A DNA stretch of 64,000 bases from an uncultured Gammaproteobacteria bacterium. Lineage in GTDB: Bacteria > Pseudomonadota > Gammaproteobacteria > UBA9214. Location: positions 128,001 to 192,000 of the forward strand of contig CAVVHS010000005.1 in assembly GCA_963748215.1 (NCBI GenBank), given 5' to 3'. How positions within the stretch are numbered: the stretch's first letter is position 1; the number at the start of each line of letters is the position of its first letter. This document shows positions 1 through 9,122 of this stretch, piece after piece. A model generated the notes under the pieces. That model searched no databases. It was given only the letters and a program-made list of their open reading frames with translations, and was not told where the DNA came from. Position numbers and translations under genes: made by a program.

Positions 1-1439
1 TCGCTGGCCAGGTTGACCTTGAGCTTGCGCCTGAAATGTTCGCACAGCGAGGTTTCCAGCTGCTTCAGGCGTGCCGGGCTGAGCAGGTGCGCGTGCGCCG
101 TCTCCATCGACAGCTGAACCACGTCATCGTCGATGCCGTGAAAGGCGCAGTTCAGCGCCATCTCGCGCAGCATGCCCTTGATCGACAGCTGCTCGATGAT
201 GGACGCCCAGTCACCGGCATCGCGCGTGGCCGTCTCCGCCGAGCCGTCGCCCGTGTGCTCCGTCGCCGGCTTGCGCAGTGGCGCCGCCACCGGCTTGCTC
301 ACCGTCATGGGCTTCGCGCCCTGACGCTGCACGGACGCGGGCTCACCCGGCTGTTCCGCGGGCCTGAACGCCAGCATGCGCAGCATGACCATTTCGAAGC
401 CGCCGCGCGGCTCCGGCGCCAGCGGCAGGTCACGCCGCCCGATCAGGCCGATCTGGTAATACAGCTGCACGTCTTCGAGCGCGAGCCTGCCGGCCAGGTC
501 CAGCACGGCATCGCGGTCGCCGTGGCTGTCGTCGATGGCATCCGGCAGCGTCTGCGCGATGGCGACGCGCTGCAGCACCGAGATGAGATCCGCCAGCAGC
601 GCGGCATAGTCCGGCGCGAAGTCGTCCGCGCTGGCGATCTCGGCCAGCACGGTCGCGGCGTCACTGGCCGCCAGCGCCGCCAGCAGGCGGTAGATCACGT
701 CGCGGTCGATGGTGCCCAGCATGCTGCGTACGTCCGCCTCGCCCAGTCGACCGTCGCAGAAGGCGATCGCCTGGTCCAGCAGGCTGAGGGCGTCGCGCAG
801 GCTGCCGTTGGCGGACAGCGCCAGCTGGCGCAGCGCCCCGGACTCGGCCGCAATGCCCTCCGCTTTCAGGATGTGCTCGAGCTGGCCGGTGATCTGCGCC
901 AGGGTCAGGCTCTTGAGGTTGAACTGCAGGCAGCGCGACAGCACGGTCACCGGCAGGCTTTGCGGGTCGGTGGTCGCGAGCAGGAATTTCACATGCGGCG
1001 GCGGCTCTTCCAGTGTCTTCAGCAGCGCGTTGAAGCTGTGCCCGGAGAGCATGTGCACCTCGTCGATGAGGTACACCTTGTAGCGGCCGCGGGTCGGCGC
1101 GTACTGCACGTTCTCGAGCAGCTCGCGGGTGTCCTCGACCTTGGTGCGCGAGGCGGCGTCCACCTCGATCAGGTCGACGAAGCGGCCCTCGCTGATCTCG
1201 GTGCAGGCGCTGCACTCCCCGCAGGGGTGCGAGCTGACGCCTTTCTCGCAGTTCAGTGACTTGGCGAAGATGCGCGCGATGGTCGTCTTGCCGACGCCGC
1301 GCGTGCCGGTGAACAGGTAGGCATGATGCAGGCGATCGTTGTCGAGCGCGTTGACCAGGGCACGCTGCACATGCTCCTGGCCGACCAGTTCGGTGAAATT
1401 GCGTGGACGCCACTTGCGCGCCAGGACCTGGTAGCTCAT
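1..1439 (-). CDS. dnaX: DNA polymerase III subunit gamma/tau (3' end runs off the window)
   Basis: Manual translation from ATG at 1439 gives MSYQVLARKWRPRNFTELVGQEHV, with Walker A GTRGVGKTT, DEVHML, SRC, MLRMLAFRP and a tau C-terminal-like DWASIIEQLSIKGMLREMALNC. It is absent from the ORF track because it has no stop codon in the window. Confidence 0.97.
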   Translation of the reverse strand, partial: MSYQVLARKWRPRNFTELVGQEHVQRALVNALDNDRLHHAYLFTGTRGVGKTTIARIFAKSLNCEKGVSSHPCGECSACTEISEGRFVDLIEVDAASRTKVEDTRELLENVQYAPTRGRYKVYLIDEVHMLSGHSFNALLKTLEEPPPHVKFLLATTDPQSLPVTVLSRCLQFNLKSLTLAQITGQLEHILKAEGIAAESGALRQLALSANGSLRDALSLLDQAIAFCDGRLGEADVRSMLGTIDRDVIYRLLAALAASDAATVLAEIASADDFAPDYAALLADLISVLQRVAIAQTLPDAIDDSHGDRDAVLDLAGRLALEDVQLYYQIGLIGRRDLPLAPEPRGGFEMVMLRMLAFRPAEQPGEPASVQRQGAKPMTVSKPVAAPLRKPATEHTGDGSAETATRDAGDWASIIEQLSIKGMLREMALNCAFHGIDDDVVQLSMETAHAHLLSPARLKQLETSLCEHFRRKLKVNLAS

Positions 1440-1477
1440 CGATGCCTTGTCTGTGTTATGGCGGCGTTATAAAGGGA

Positions 1478-1589
1478 GGTGACCTGTACCAGCCACACCC
1501 CGGCGCCCGAGTCCACTGCTGCCGCTGCTCCCTTCCGGGCCTGACGGGGTTCACAGCTTATCGTCGCGGGGGGACCGGCACAAGCCACC
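1478..1589 (-). ncRNA. ffs: Signal recognition particle RNA (4.5S)
   Basis: The reverse complement contains TCAGGCCCGGAAGGGAGCAG (SRP domain IV with GGAA loop) inside a long hairpin with complementary ends. It lies directly upstream of dnaX. Confidence 0.93.
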
Positions 1590-1754
1590 ATAAACAGGTG
1601 GCACATTATAAGGTGTACGCGCCGGTATTTTAACAAATAACTGATTAATTCATCTTCGTTTATTCCGGGGCATCCCGGGCAACAGCGCTGACACGCAGAA
1701 TGCCCCCAGAGTGAGCGAGCGCAGCGAGGCATCCAGTCACAGCGTATTCATCCT

Positions 1755-1850
1755 CGTCATTCCGGCGCAGGCCGGAATCCATGGAAACAACCACTGGATT
1801 CCGGGTCTCCGCTACGCGGCGCCCGGAATGACGAATCAATCAGAGGTCCC
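1755..1850. repeat. CGTC-type palindromic REP-like element with one MITE-like end
   Basis: CGTCATTCCGGCGCAGGCCGGAATCCA...TGGATTCCGGG...CCCGGAATGACG, followed by TCAATCAGAGGTCCC, which resembles the MITE ends at 14982, 38807 and 63006. Confidence 0.8.
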
Positions 1851-1917
1851 TGACCGGCTTGATTTACCCCGGAATCGCTGTTATTCAGGTTGGCACAACA
1901 ACAACGGGGGATTGGGC

Positions 1918-2172
1918 ATGAACAACAACCACGCGGCCTACTGGAAGGCCAACCTGCGCCTCGTCACCGGCTGCCTGCTGGTCTGGGCCACGGTGTCCTT
2001 CGGCTGCGGCATCCTGCTGGTGGACTTTTTCAACCAGTTCCACCTCGCCGGCTACCCGCTCGGCTTCTGGTTCGCGCAGCAGGGCTCACTGTACACCTTC
2101 CTGGGGCTGATCTTCTTCTATGCCTGGCGCATGAACCGGCTTGACCATGAGTACGGCGTGGACGAGGACTGA
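1918..2172 (+). CDS. DUF4212-family small membrane protein (symporter partner)
   Basis: MNNNHAAYWKANLRL...GYPLGFWFAQQGS...YAWRMNRLDHEYGVDED, directly upstream of a solute symporter. Confidence 0.9.
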   Translation: MNNNHAAYWKANLRLVTGCLLVWATVSFGCGILLVDFFNQFHLAGYPLGFWFAQQGSLYTFLGLIFFYAWRMNRLDHEYGVDED

Positions 2173-2175
2173 GCC

Positions 2176-3982
2176 GTGAGCCTGCAGACCCTGACCTATA
2201 TTATCGTGGGCCTGAGTTTTGCCCTGTACATCGGCATCGCCATCGCCCAGCGCGCCACCAGCACCGGGGACTTCTACGTCGCCGGCAAGCACGTTCACCC
2301 GGTCGCCAACGGCATGGCCACCGCGGCCGACTGGATGTCGGCGGCCTCGTTCATCTCCATGGCCGGCCTGATCAGCTTCCTCGGCTACGAGGGCGGCATG
2401 TACCTGATGGGCTGGACCGGCGGCTATGTGCTGCTGGCCATGCTGCTCGCGCCCTACCTGCGCAAGTTCGGCAAGTTCACCGTGCCGGAGTTCATCGGCG
2501 ACCGCTACTACTCGCAGACTGGCGCGCGTGGTCGCGGTGATCTGCCTGATCTTCATCTCCTTCACCTACGTCGCCGGGCAGATGCGCGGCGTCGGCATCG
2601 TGTTCTCGCGCTTCCTGGAAGTGCCGGTGGACACCGGCCTGTTCATCGGCATGGGCGTGGTGTTCGTCTACGCCGTGCTCGGCGGCATGAAGGGCATCAC
2701 CTACACCCAGGTCGCGCAGTACTGCGTGCTGATCTTCGCCTATACCGTGCCGGCCGTGTTCATCGCCATCAACGCCACCGGCAACCCCTTCCCGCAGCTG
2801 GCACTGGGCAGCGAGCTGGTGGACGGTTCCGGTTCGCTGCTGGTCAAGCTCGACCGGACCCTGGTCGACCTCGGCTTCGGTTCCTATACCGAGCCGTTCA
2901 ATGACAAGTCGATGATCGACGTGTGCGCGATCACGCTGGCACTGATGGTCGGCACCGCCGGCCTGCCACACGTCATCGTGCGCTTCTTCACCGTGCCGCG
3001 CGTTCGCGACGCGCGCATCTCCGCCGGCTGGGCGCTGCTGTTCATCACCCTGCTCTACACCACCGCCCCGGCGGTCGGCGCGCTGGCGCGCATGAACCTG
3101 GTCGAGACCGTCAACGGCCCGGACGGCAGCGGCACCTTTTATGCCGCCATGCCCGCCTGGTTCAAGACCTGGGAGAGCTCCGGCCTGCTCGCCTGGTACG
3201 ACCACAACCATGATGCCAAGGTGCAGTACGCCGCGGGCAACGCCTTTGCCGGCGACGGCAAGCCGCAGTTCGATGACGAGCTGCGCGGGCCACTGCACGA
3301 ACGCCTCACCACCAACCCGGGTGAGGGCGAGATCAGCGCTGGCGCGCCGTTCGCCAACGAGATCTACGTCGACCGCGACATTATGGTGCTGGCCAACCCG
3401 GAGATCGCCGGGCTGCCGAACTGGATCATCGCCCTGGTCGCCGCCGGCGGCATCGCCGCGGCCCTGTCCACCGCGGCCGGCCTGCTGCTGGTCATCTCCG
3501 CCAGCATCTCCCACGACCTGCTCAAGAGCACGTTCGCGAAGAACATCAGTGAGCGCAACGAACTGATGGCCGGGCGCATCGCCGCCGGCGTGGCGATCTG
3601 CATCGCCGGCTACCTCGGCCTGCACCCACCCGCCTTCGTCGCCCAGGTGGTCGCGTTCGCCTTCGGCCTGGCCGCCGCATCATTATTCCCCGCCATCCTG
3701 ATGGGCATTTTCAACAAGCGCATGAACAAGTGGGGCGCGATCTGCGGCATGCTGGCGGGGCTGACCTTCACCCTCTGCTACATCATTTACTTCAAGGGCG
3801 TGTTCATCGAACCGATGGCCGCCAACATCCCGGAGAACTGGATCCTCGGCATCTCGCCCGAGGGCGCCGGTGTGATCGGCATGGTGATCAACTTCGTCGT
3901 GGCCATGGCGATCTCGCGCAACACCGCCCCGCCGCCGGCGCATATCCAGGAGATGGTGGAGGAGATCCGGGTGCCGCGATGA
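2176..3982 (+). pseudogene. Sodium:solute symporter (ActP-like SSF family), split by a +1 frameshift near 2520
   Basis: The N-part ([18 protein letters not shown]...[18 protein letters not shown]) lies in ORF 2176 and continues as [11 protein letters not shown]...GTAGLPHVIVRFFTV in ORF 2426-3982. There is one extra base in CAG ACT G GCG CGC GTG. This may be a sequencing error. Confidence 0.85.
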
Positions 3983-3990
3983 AATCAAGA

Positions 3991-4123
3991 AATCAATGGG
4001 GTCAGACTCGATTGATCAGACGTTATATTGGCGAATCGATGGAGTCTGACCCTTTTGATTCTGACCCTTTTGATTCTTCATTATTCTCTTATATTAACGA
4101 AAACCGGGATCTGACTCCGATTT
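3991..4123. repeat. GGGGTCAGA-family bipartite site 1 (type A doublet, 15-bp tandem duplication, extra type B right arm)
   Basis: AATCAATGGGGTCAGACTCGATTGATC (3991-4017) pairs with AATCGATGGAGTCTGACCCTTTTGATT (4034-4060). CTGACCCTTTTGATT is repeated at 4061-4075. TTATATTAAC-GAAAACCGGGATCTGACTCCG lies at 4089-4119. Confidence 0.9.
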
Positions 4124-4140
4124 ACCGAGGAGGCGCTCAT

Positions 4141-4827
4141 ATGAAGCTCGCAAATCTGATTCTGTTTGCTTCGATTTCCTGTTGTCTGGCTGCCTGTGTG
4201 GACTTTACCGCAAAACTCGCCGCCATGTCTCCGGAGGAACTGGCGGGCATGTCGGACAAGAAGGTTTGCGCGATGGCGGGGTATACAAAGACTCTCCCAA
4301 ACTTTCGGCAGGAGTTGGAACGACGCGGGCTCAGCTACGGCATGTGCTGTTACAGGGATCTGTTGGACCGCTGCAACGCACAGTTCGTCCCCGTCAAGGG
4401 AGAGGTCCACACCCTGCACGCCACTGATGACGTAGAGCTCGTCATGGAAGGAGAAACCATCGAGCGACCACACATCAGGATCGGCAAACTCGTGGACAAG
4501 TGGTACGAAAATCTCAAGACCGGCGTGAACACGTATTCTTCCGGGGAATATGCCAGCGCGATCTCACAGGAACTGCTGACCGCCAACGGTCGGAAGCTGG
4601 TCCCGCACGCTGTCGTCGCCGAGCGCTTCGAGCAGGATTACCGGGAAAAGGCCATGGAGATCGGCGCGGACGCGGTGCTGGTCACCTTCACACGGATAGG
4701 CGTGCTGAGCGGTGCCGGCGGCCAGCCGATGTCTGTCATTCCCTCGCCGTATGGCCCGACCGTGGTGACAACGTCGGCAACGGGCACATCCTTCGAAATC
4801 GACCTCGTGGCCGTCAAGTATAAATAA
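4141..4827 (+). CDS. Hypothetical lipoprotein
   Basis: GAGGAGG RBS before ATG 4141; signal peptide with lipobox CLAAC. The ORF-track extension back to 3730 is a translation of symporter and repeat DNA. Confidence 0.8.
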   Translation: MKLANLILFASISCCLAACVDFTAKLAAMSPEELAGMSDKKVCAMAGYTKTLPNFRQELERRGLSYGMCCYRDLLDRCNAQFVPVKGEVHTLHATDDVELVMEGETIERPHIRIGKLVDKWYENLKTGVNTYSSGEYASAISQELLTANGRKLVPHAVVAERFEQDYREKAMEIGADAVLVTFTRIGVLSGAGGQPMSVIPSPYGPTVVTTSATGTSFEIDLVAVKYK

Positions 4828-4969
4828 CTGCGTAATACAGGGGCCGGATACAGTTTATCAATGACTTGGAAAGTACATACGACCCCTTTTTGGCAAACAC
4901 CGCCCAATGACGGCCAGCACGGTCCATGGGCCTCCTGGCGCCTGCCAAAGTATGGGCTATACTGTGAGA

Positions 4970-5172
4970 ACTGCTGAATAATCTGTAGCCGATCAGGTTG
5001 ACCATTCAGCAGGCCAGGGCCAGCGCACTGTCAGTCGAGGGTGGCATTGTACTCTGGCAATGGCGAAACCCTCGTTGGGCCTTGCCTGACTGCTAGGTGG
5101 ATGTGCGTTGTCCCCACGACAAGGTAAGACACAGAATAATCGGCTGCGGCGGCCTTCGGGCCGCCGTTCTGT
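4970..5172 (+). ncRNA. Candidate structured non-coding RNA or attenuator-like element
   Basis: No credible ORF. TATACT at 4958-4963; nested stems CTGCTGAAT/ATTCAGCAG, CAGCGCAC/GTGCGTTG, GTCAG/CTGAC, CGAGGG/CCCTCG and CATTG/CAATG; terminal hairpin GCGGCGGCC-TTCG-GGCCGCCGT. Confidence 0.35.
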
Positions 5173-5194
5173 ATCTGGCACATCCTACCTCATG

Positions 5195-5264
5195 AAAAAC
5201 GGGATCAGACTCGATCGATTAGACGAAACATTGACGAATCAACGCAGGCCTGACCCTTTTGATT
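5195..5264. repeat. GGGGTCAGA-family bipartite site (type A doublet)
   Basis: GGGATCAGACTCGATCGATT-agacgaaacattgacg-AATCAACGCAGGCCTGACCCTTTTGATT; homologous to 3991-4060. Confidence 0.85.
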
Positions 5265-5326
5265 CCCACGGCATATAATTGATAGTCAATCGCTCTTGAT
5301 CCTTTCGATTTTGGAGGTTTACCGGA

Positions 5327-6001
5327 ATGACTGGCTCTGACTCCGGGCACCCTTTCGGGTTGCCATTCACTCACGAATTTCCGACCGGTCATGGTTCGCT
5401 GTGCCTCACGGCAGTGCTCTTGCTGGTCGCCATCATCCTTGGGAACGTGCCGGTGCAGGCAGGTGTCTTGCACCGCCTGCCGAATGCAATACCGACGCCG
5501 GAGTTCGTGCTGTCCGGCCTGGATGGCGCAGAGTACCGGCTGAGCGATCTGCGCGGCAGCGTGGTGCTGGTCAACTTCTGGGCCAGCTGGTGCCAGCCTT
5601 GCGTCAAGGAGATCCCGAATCTGCAGCGGCTACACGCAAGTTACGCAGGCGAGCCCTTTGAAATCCTCGCCGTCGATGTCGAGGAGGATGAAAACCGGGT
5701 ACGCCATTTCGTTACGCAGCATGGCATGACCTTCCCGGTACTGCTTGACGAAGATGGCAAGCACTTTGCGGCCTGGGGCAGCCAGGTGCTGCCCACGACC
5801 TTCGTCATCGACGCCGCGGGCATGGTGCGTTACGTGGGGCTTGCCGATCTCGAATGGGATACCGGCGAGGCCCGCAGCGCCATCGATGGCCTGTTGGAGG
5901 AAGCGCGGAAATCATTGAGGTCAGACTCGATTGATCAGGCGTTATATAGGCGCGAGGAATCATTCGAATCAATGGAGTCAGAGTCGATTGATTCGATGTA
6001 A
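5327..6001 (+). CDS. TlpA-like thiol-disulfide oxidoreductase (start uncertain; C-terminal ~30 aa come from repeat DNA)
   Basis: VVLVNFWASWCQPCVKEIP (CxxC) and LPTTFVID cis-Pro motif. Confidence 0.88.
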   Translation: MTGSDSGHPFGLPFTHEFPTGHGSLCLTAVLLLVAIILGNVPVQAGVLHRLPNAIPTPEFVLSGLDGAEYRLSDLRGSVVLVNFWASWCQPCVKEIPNLQRLHASYAGEPFEILAVDVEEDENRVRHFVTQHGMTFPVLLDEDGKHFAAWGSQVLPTTFVIDAAGMVRYVGLADLEWDTGEARSAIDGLLEEARKSLRSDSIDQALYRREESFESMESESIDSM

Positions 6002-6035
6002 TATTGTCCCATCATCGGTGTGCAGCCTTTTCATT
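5910..6035. repeat. GGGGTCAGA-family site (two type A left arms plus a degenerate right arm)
   Basis: AATCATTGAGGTCAGACTCGATTGATC (5910-5936) and AATCAATGGAGTCAGAGTCGATTGATT (5967-5993), with spacers containing TTATAT and TAATATT. Confidence 0.85.
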
Positions 6036-6042
6036 TCCTGAA

Positions 6043-6552
6043 ATGAAGAAACGCTATCTCTATTCCATATTATTTGGCATACCCGGCCTTGCTGCTTCCC
6101 TGCTAATTACCTTTGCTATCTTTGGGGCCCTGGCCGGTTTTATGTGGATTTATGTTTATGGTGACAATCCGTGGCCCCCGTCCACAGGAACGATACTGCC
6201 TGCCTTCTTCATGCTCATTTTCCTGGCACTCTGGATTTCTTCCATCATCGCCGGATTCATAACCGGGAAAAGGTTTGAAGAAAGCCTGGACCTGGACAGG
6301 AACCATATTTGGGTTTCCGTCGACGCAACAGCGCTGCCGATCACGTTAATCATTCTTCATCAGTTTGGCATCGGCAATATAGGGCCAAAATCCGACAGCA
6401 GGCTTTGCAGTGAATTTTGCAGCGGAAAGGGATACGCGGCGAGCGGCATACCGCCAAAGGACTCGGGTGAAAGAACATGTATTTGTCTCGACAGCGCGGG
6501 TCAGGCTGCCATAACTGAATCAATGGGGTCTGAGTTGTTTGATTCGATGTAA
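6043..6552 (+). CDS. Hypothetical membrane protein with a Cys-rich C-terminus
   Basis: Three hydrophobic segments followed by CSEFC...CICLD; the stop codon lies inside the next repeat. Confidence 0.75.
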   Translation: MKKRYLYSILFGIPGLAASLLITFAIFGALAGFMWIYVYGDNPWPPSTGTILPAFFMLIFLALWISSIIAGFITGKRFEESLDLDRNHIWVSVDATALPITLIILHQFGIGNIGPKSDSRLCSEFCSGKGYAASGIPPKDSGERTCICLDSAGQAAITESMGSELFDSM

Positions 6553-6588
6553 TATCGACGCATCAGTGGATGTCCGGCCCTGCTGATT
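6518..6588. repeat. GGGGTCAGA-family bipartite site (degenerate type A)
   Basis: AATCAATGGGGTCTGAGTTGTTTGATT-cgatgtaatatcg-...GTCCGGCCCTGCTGATT. Confidence 0.75.
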
Positions 6589-6660
6589 GCGTCATAGCAG
6601 CGAATGTTGTTATAAACTGCGCTTCAAAAAGAATGCCTGATAGGTGGAGGTAACAGCATT

Positions 6661-7059
6661 ATGAAACGCACATTACTGGCTGTAACTGCGGTATTCATTG
6701 CGTGGTCGCTTCTCGACTTCGTGATTCATGGCCTGTTGCTTCAATCCACTTATGAGGCAACCGCCAGTCTCTGGCGCCCGATGGAAGAAATGAAAATGCC
6801 GCTGATGTACCTTGTCACCCTGGTATACAGCGCCTGCTTCGTCGCCATTTATGGACTGCTGGGGAGTGAAAAGTCATTCGCAACAGGCATCCAGTACGGT
6901 GGCCTCTTCGGCCTGGCCGCCGGCATTTCCATGGGTTTTGGCTCCTACTCCTACATGCCAATCCCGTTGTCGCTGGCATGGGGCTGGTTATTCGGCGTGC
7001 TGGCCGAGTCAATCGTGGCTGGCGCACTGACTGGATTCATCCTGAAACCGGGAAAATAA
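6661..7059 (+). CDS. Small four-helix membrane protein (DUF1761-like)
   Basis: GGAGG RBS; four TM segments; LDFVIHGLLL...YEATASLWRP and YSYMPIP motifs. Confidence 0.8.
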   Translation: MKRTLLAVTAVFIAWSLLDFVIHGLLLQSTYEATASLWRPMEEMKMPLMYLVTLVYSACFVAIYGLLGSEKSFATGIQYGGLFGLAAGISMGFGSYSYMPIPLSLAWGWLFGVLAESIVAGALTGFILKPGK

Positions 7060-7067
7060 GGGAATGA

Positions 7068-7119
7068 CTGTTGTCAGCGCACTTTCCCAGGAACATCAGA
7101 AAAAACTGTGCTGACACCG
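7068..7119. repeat. GGGGTCAGA-family bipartite site (type C variant)
   Basis: TGTTGTCAGCGCACTTTCC-caggaacatcag-AAAAAACTGTGCTGACACC; its spacer resembles that at 9241-9257. Confidence 0.7.
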
Positions 7120-7135
7120 GGTCGCAGGACACACG

Positions 7136-7465
7136 ATGGCCTATGACGCAGACGTAGCACAGCGGTTGCGGGATGCATTTAAACGCAGAACCGATGTGGT
7201 TGAAAAGAAAATGTTCGGTGGTATCGCGTTCATGGTTTCCGGTCACATGTGTTGCGGTGTGCTCGGGAAGGAGCTCATGGCCCGTGTAGGACCCGCTCAA
7301 TATGAGGCGGCGCTGAAGGAGCCTTACGCCCGGGCAATGGATTTCACGGGCAAGCCCCTGAAGGGTTTTATCTATGTCGGCACCCGGGGCTTTGAATCAG
7401 ATGATGACCTGGAATCCTGGATTCGCCGCTGTCAGGCGTTTCTGAACACGCTTCCACCGAAGTAA
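7136..7465 (+). CDS. TfoX/Sxy N-terminal-domain protein
   Basis: EKKMFGGIAFMVSGHMCCGV...LMARVG...MDFTGKPLKGFIYV. Confidence 0.9.
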   Translation: MAYDADVAQRLRDAFKRRTDVVEKKMFGGIAFMVSGHMCCGVLGKELMARVGPAQYEAALKEPYARAMDFTGKPLKGFIYVGTRGFESDDDLESWIRRCQAFLNTLPPK

Positions 7466-7469
7466 TCGA

Positions 7470-7530
7470 AAAACAGAGGTCAAATCCCGGTTTTCGCTAA
7501 TATAATCAGGAATTGTGCTCTGACACCAAT
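7470..7530. repeat. GGGGTCAGA-family hybrid site (type B left arm, type C right arm)
   Basis: AAACAGAGGTCAAATCCCGGTTTTCGC-TAATATAAT-CAGGAATTGTGCTCTGACACCAAT. Confidence 0.8.
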
Positions 7531-7611
7531 CTGCCGCATGCTTCCTCGCTATCTATGACACTGCTGGCAGAAAAGAAGCCGGATACATTAACTTGCGGAA
7601 TAAGAAAACCT

Positions 7612-7944
7612 ATGGCCAGGCACTCAAAAAGACACCGGATATCAGAAGCCACGCAAGGCGAAGCGATGCGAATAGCCCGTGGAATACAACAAGCAGGGCA
7701 GACAAAAGAACAGACGAAACTCATTGCTCAAGGGATTCAAAAAGGTATCGAGCAATACAAGAACCAGCAGAACGCCAAGAGCAGAGAACTGGACAAAAAG
7801 CTCAACAAGGCCAACCAGCAAGCCACACCACCCGTTGTGCGTGAAACTGAAGTACAGGAGAGGGTGACCTATAAACAACACTGGTTACCCTGGGCACTGC
7901 TCTTCCTCACATGGCTGGCTTTGAGTGCCTATTGGTTTACCTAG
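7612..7944 (+). CDS. DUF2956-family protein
   Basis: SEATQGEAMRIARGIQ..GQTKEQTKLIAQGIQKGIEQYK and C-terminal TM LPWALLFLTW. Confidence 0.88.
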   Translation: MARHSKRHRISEATQGEAMRIARGIQQAGQTKEQTKLIAQGIQKGIEQYKNQQNAKSRELDKKLNKANQQATPPVVRETEVQERVTYKQHWLPWALLFLTWLALSAYWFT

Positions 7945-7964
7945 AAAGATGGGTCCGAAAAAAT

Positions 7965-8020
7965 AATTGAGGTCAGACCACAATTTTTCTTAATATTACT
8001 AACGACTATACTCCGACCCC
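7965..8020. repeat. GGGGTCAGA-family bipartite site (type C left arm)
   Basis: AATTGAGGTCAGACCACAATTTTTC-TTAATATTA-CTAACGACTATACTCCGACCCC. Confidence 0.8.
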
Positions 8021-8049
8021 GGATCACTTGGATCACCCTGGAGGATTAA

Positions 8050-8775
8050 ATGGTGACCTTGACGAAGGTTCGTTCAGATCCTGCACTACTCAACACACCA
8101 GAGAGTCAGCCGGCGTACAGACCTGATGATCTGTCAGATCATGCACACCGGCAACTGATCGGGTATATCGGTCTTCTTCTCCCGCTCATACTCATCTTCA
8201 TGGCCGTGGTCAGGGATGGTGTAGCGCAGTGGAGAAGCCTGGAGTCTATCAGCGCATATTATTACACCGGTGCAGTTGCTGCATTTGTGGGAATGCTGGT
8301 CGCTCTTGCGCTTTTCCTGTTCACCTACCGCGGCTACAGCAACAGGTACTACTGGGCAGACCGGGCGGCATCAAGCATCGCCGCAGTTGCTGCGCTTGGT
8401 GTGGCGATCTTTCCCACGGCAGCACCGGATGGTGTGCCTGTTTTATTCTGGTGGTCCCCGCTCACGGGGATCCTGCATTATGTGTTTGCCATCATTCTTT
8501 TCGTGATGTTTGCGGTATTCGCACTCTGGCTGTTCCGGATCAGGCCGGCCGGCGAGGAAGTCACACCCGACAAGCGGTGGCGCAACAGGGTATACCTCCT
8601 TTGCGGAATACTGATAGTTGCAAGCATTGTCTGGGCAGGTGTCGCCGGTAAAAACGGAAGATCCATTTTCTGGCCCGAGTCTGCTGCCCTGATTGCGTTC
8701 GCCGTGTCCTGGCTCGTCAAGGGCTACGCACATACAACGATCGCCAACGCCGCACGCTCTTTGTTCCGGCCGTAA
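8050..8775 (+). CDS. Multi-pass membrane protein (DUF998-like)
   Basis: GAGGA RBS; ESISAYYYT...FVGML...LFTYRGY, ALGVAIFPT and FWPESAALIAFAVSWLVKG; about six TM segments. Confidence 0.8.
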   Translation: MVTLTKVRSDPALLNTPESQPAYRPDDLSDHAHRQLIGYIGLLLPLILIFMAVVRDGVAQWRSLESISAYYYTGAVAAFVGMLVALALFLFTYRGYSNRYYWADRAASSIAAVAALGVAIFPTAAPDGVPVLFWWSPLTGILHYVFAIILFVMFAVFALWLFRIRPAGEEVTPDKRWRNRVYLLCGILIVASIVWAGVAGKNGRSIFWPESAALIAFAVSWLVKGYAHTTIANAARSLFRP

Positions 8776-8792
8776 TAAAGGGGCCAAACCAG

Positions 8793-8893
8793 AAACAGGG
8801 GTCAGATACGAGTTCCCGCTAATATTAGGGAAAACCGGGATCTGAACCCTGTATTCGAATCTGCGTTTCTTTAACTGAATGACCCCACTGATT
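8793..8893. repeat. GGGGTCAGA-family bipartite site (type B doublet) plus an extra right-arm remnant
   Basis: AAACAGGGGTCAGATACGAGTTCCCGC-TAATATTA-GGGAAAACCGGGATCTGAACCCTGTATT; TGACCCCACTGATT at 8880-8893. Confidence 0.85.
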
Positions 8894-9122
8894 GCCGTTG
8901 ATTACTGCCTTGTATGACATTCTTATCCGCCTGACATGTCAATCCTGACATATCCGTCATTAATGACAGTCGTCTTCAAGCGTACCGAGACCGGAAATCA
9001 TAGACATACTGCCCGATTACAGGCTGGCCTGAATTATGCATTCGTTATTGAATGCAACACAGCAAACAATCGTCTGTTTCGATGCCGGCCAGACCCGGCA
9101 AGGGCAAGGAGGATGAGACGGC

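Noticed and set aside
200-360. Programmed -1 frameshift generating the gamma subunit in dnaX
   Set aside because: No A AAA AAG or poly-A slippery site was found in the linker; the frame is continuous to the window edge.
36-1259. 407-aa plus-strand ORF and other long antisense ORFs (for example 2492-3625, 22207-23157, 45746-46942, 57700-58755)
   Set aside because: They are shadow ORFs opposite well-supported GC-rich genes, with no recognisable motifs.
3730-4140. N-terminal extension of the 365-aa ORF
   Set aside because: It overlaps the symporter and translates repeat DNA (NQWGQTRLI, ESDPFDSDPFD); the RBS and signal peptide support a start at 4141.
4888-4950. c-di-GMP-I riboswitch (GGCAAAC motif)
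   Set aside because: It lacks the GAAA-loop stem and the GACGCAAAG motif; retained only as a generic hairpin.
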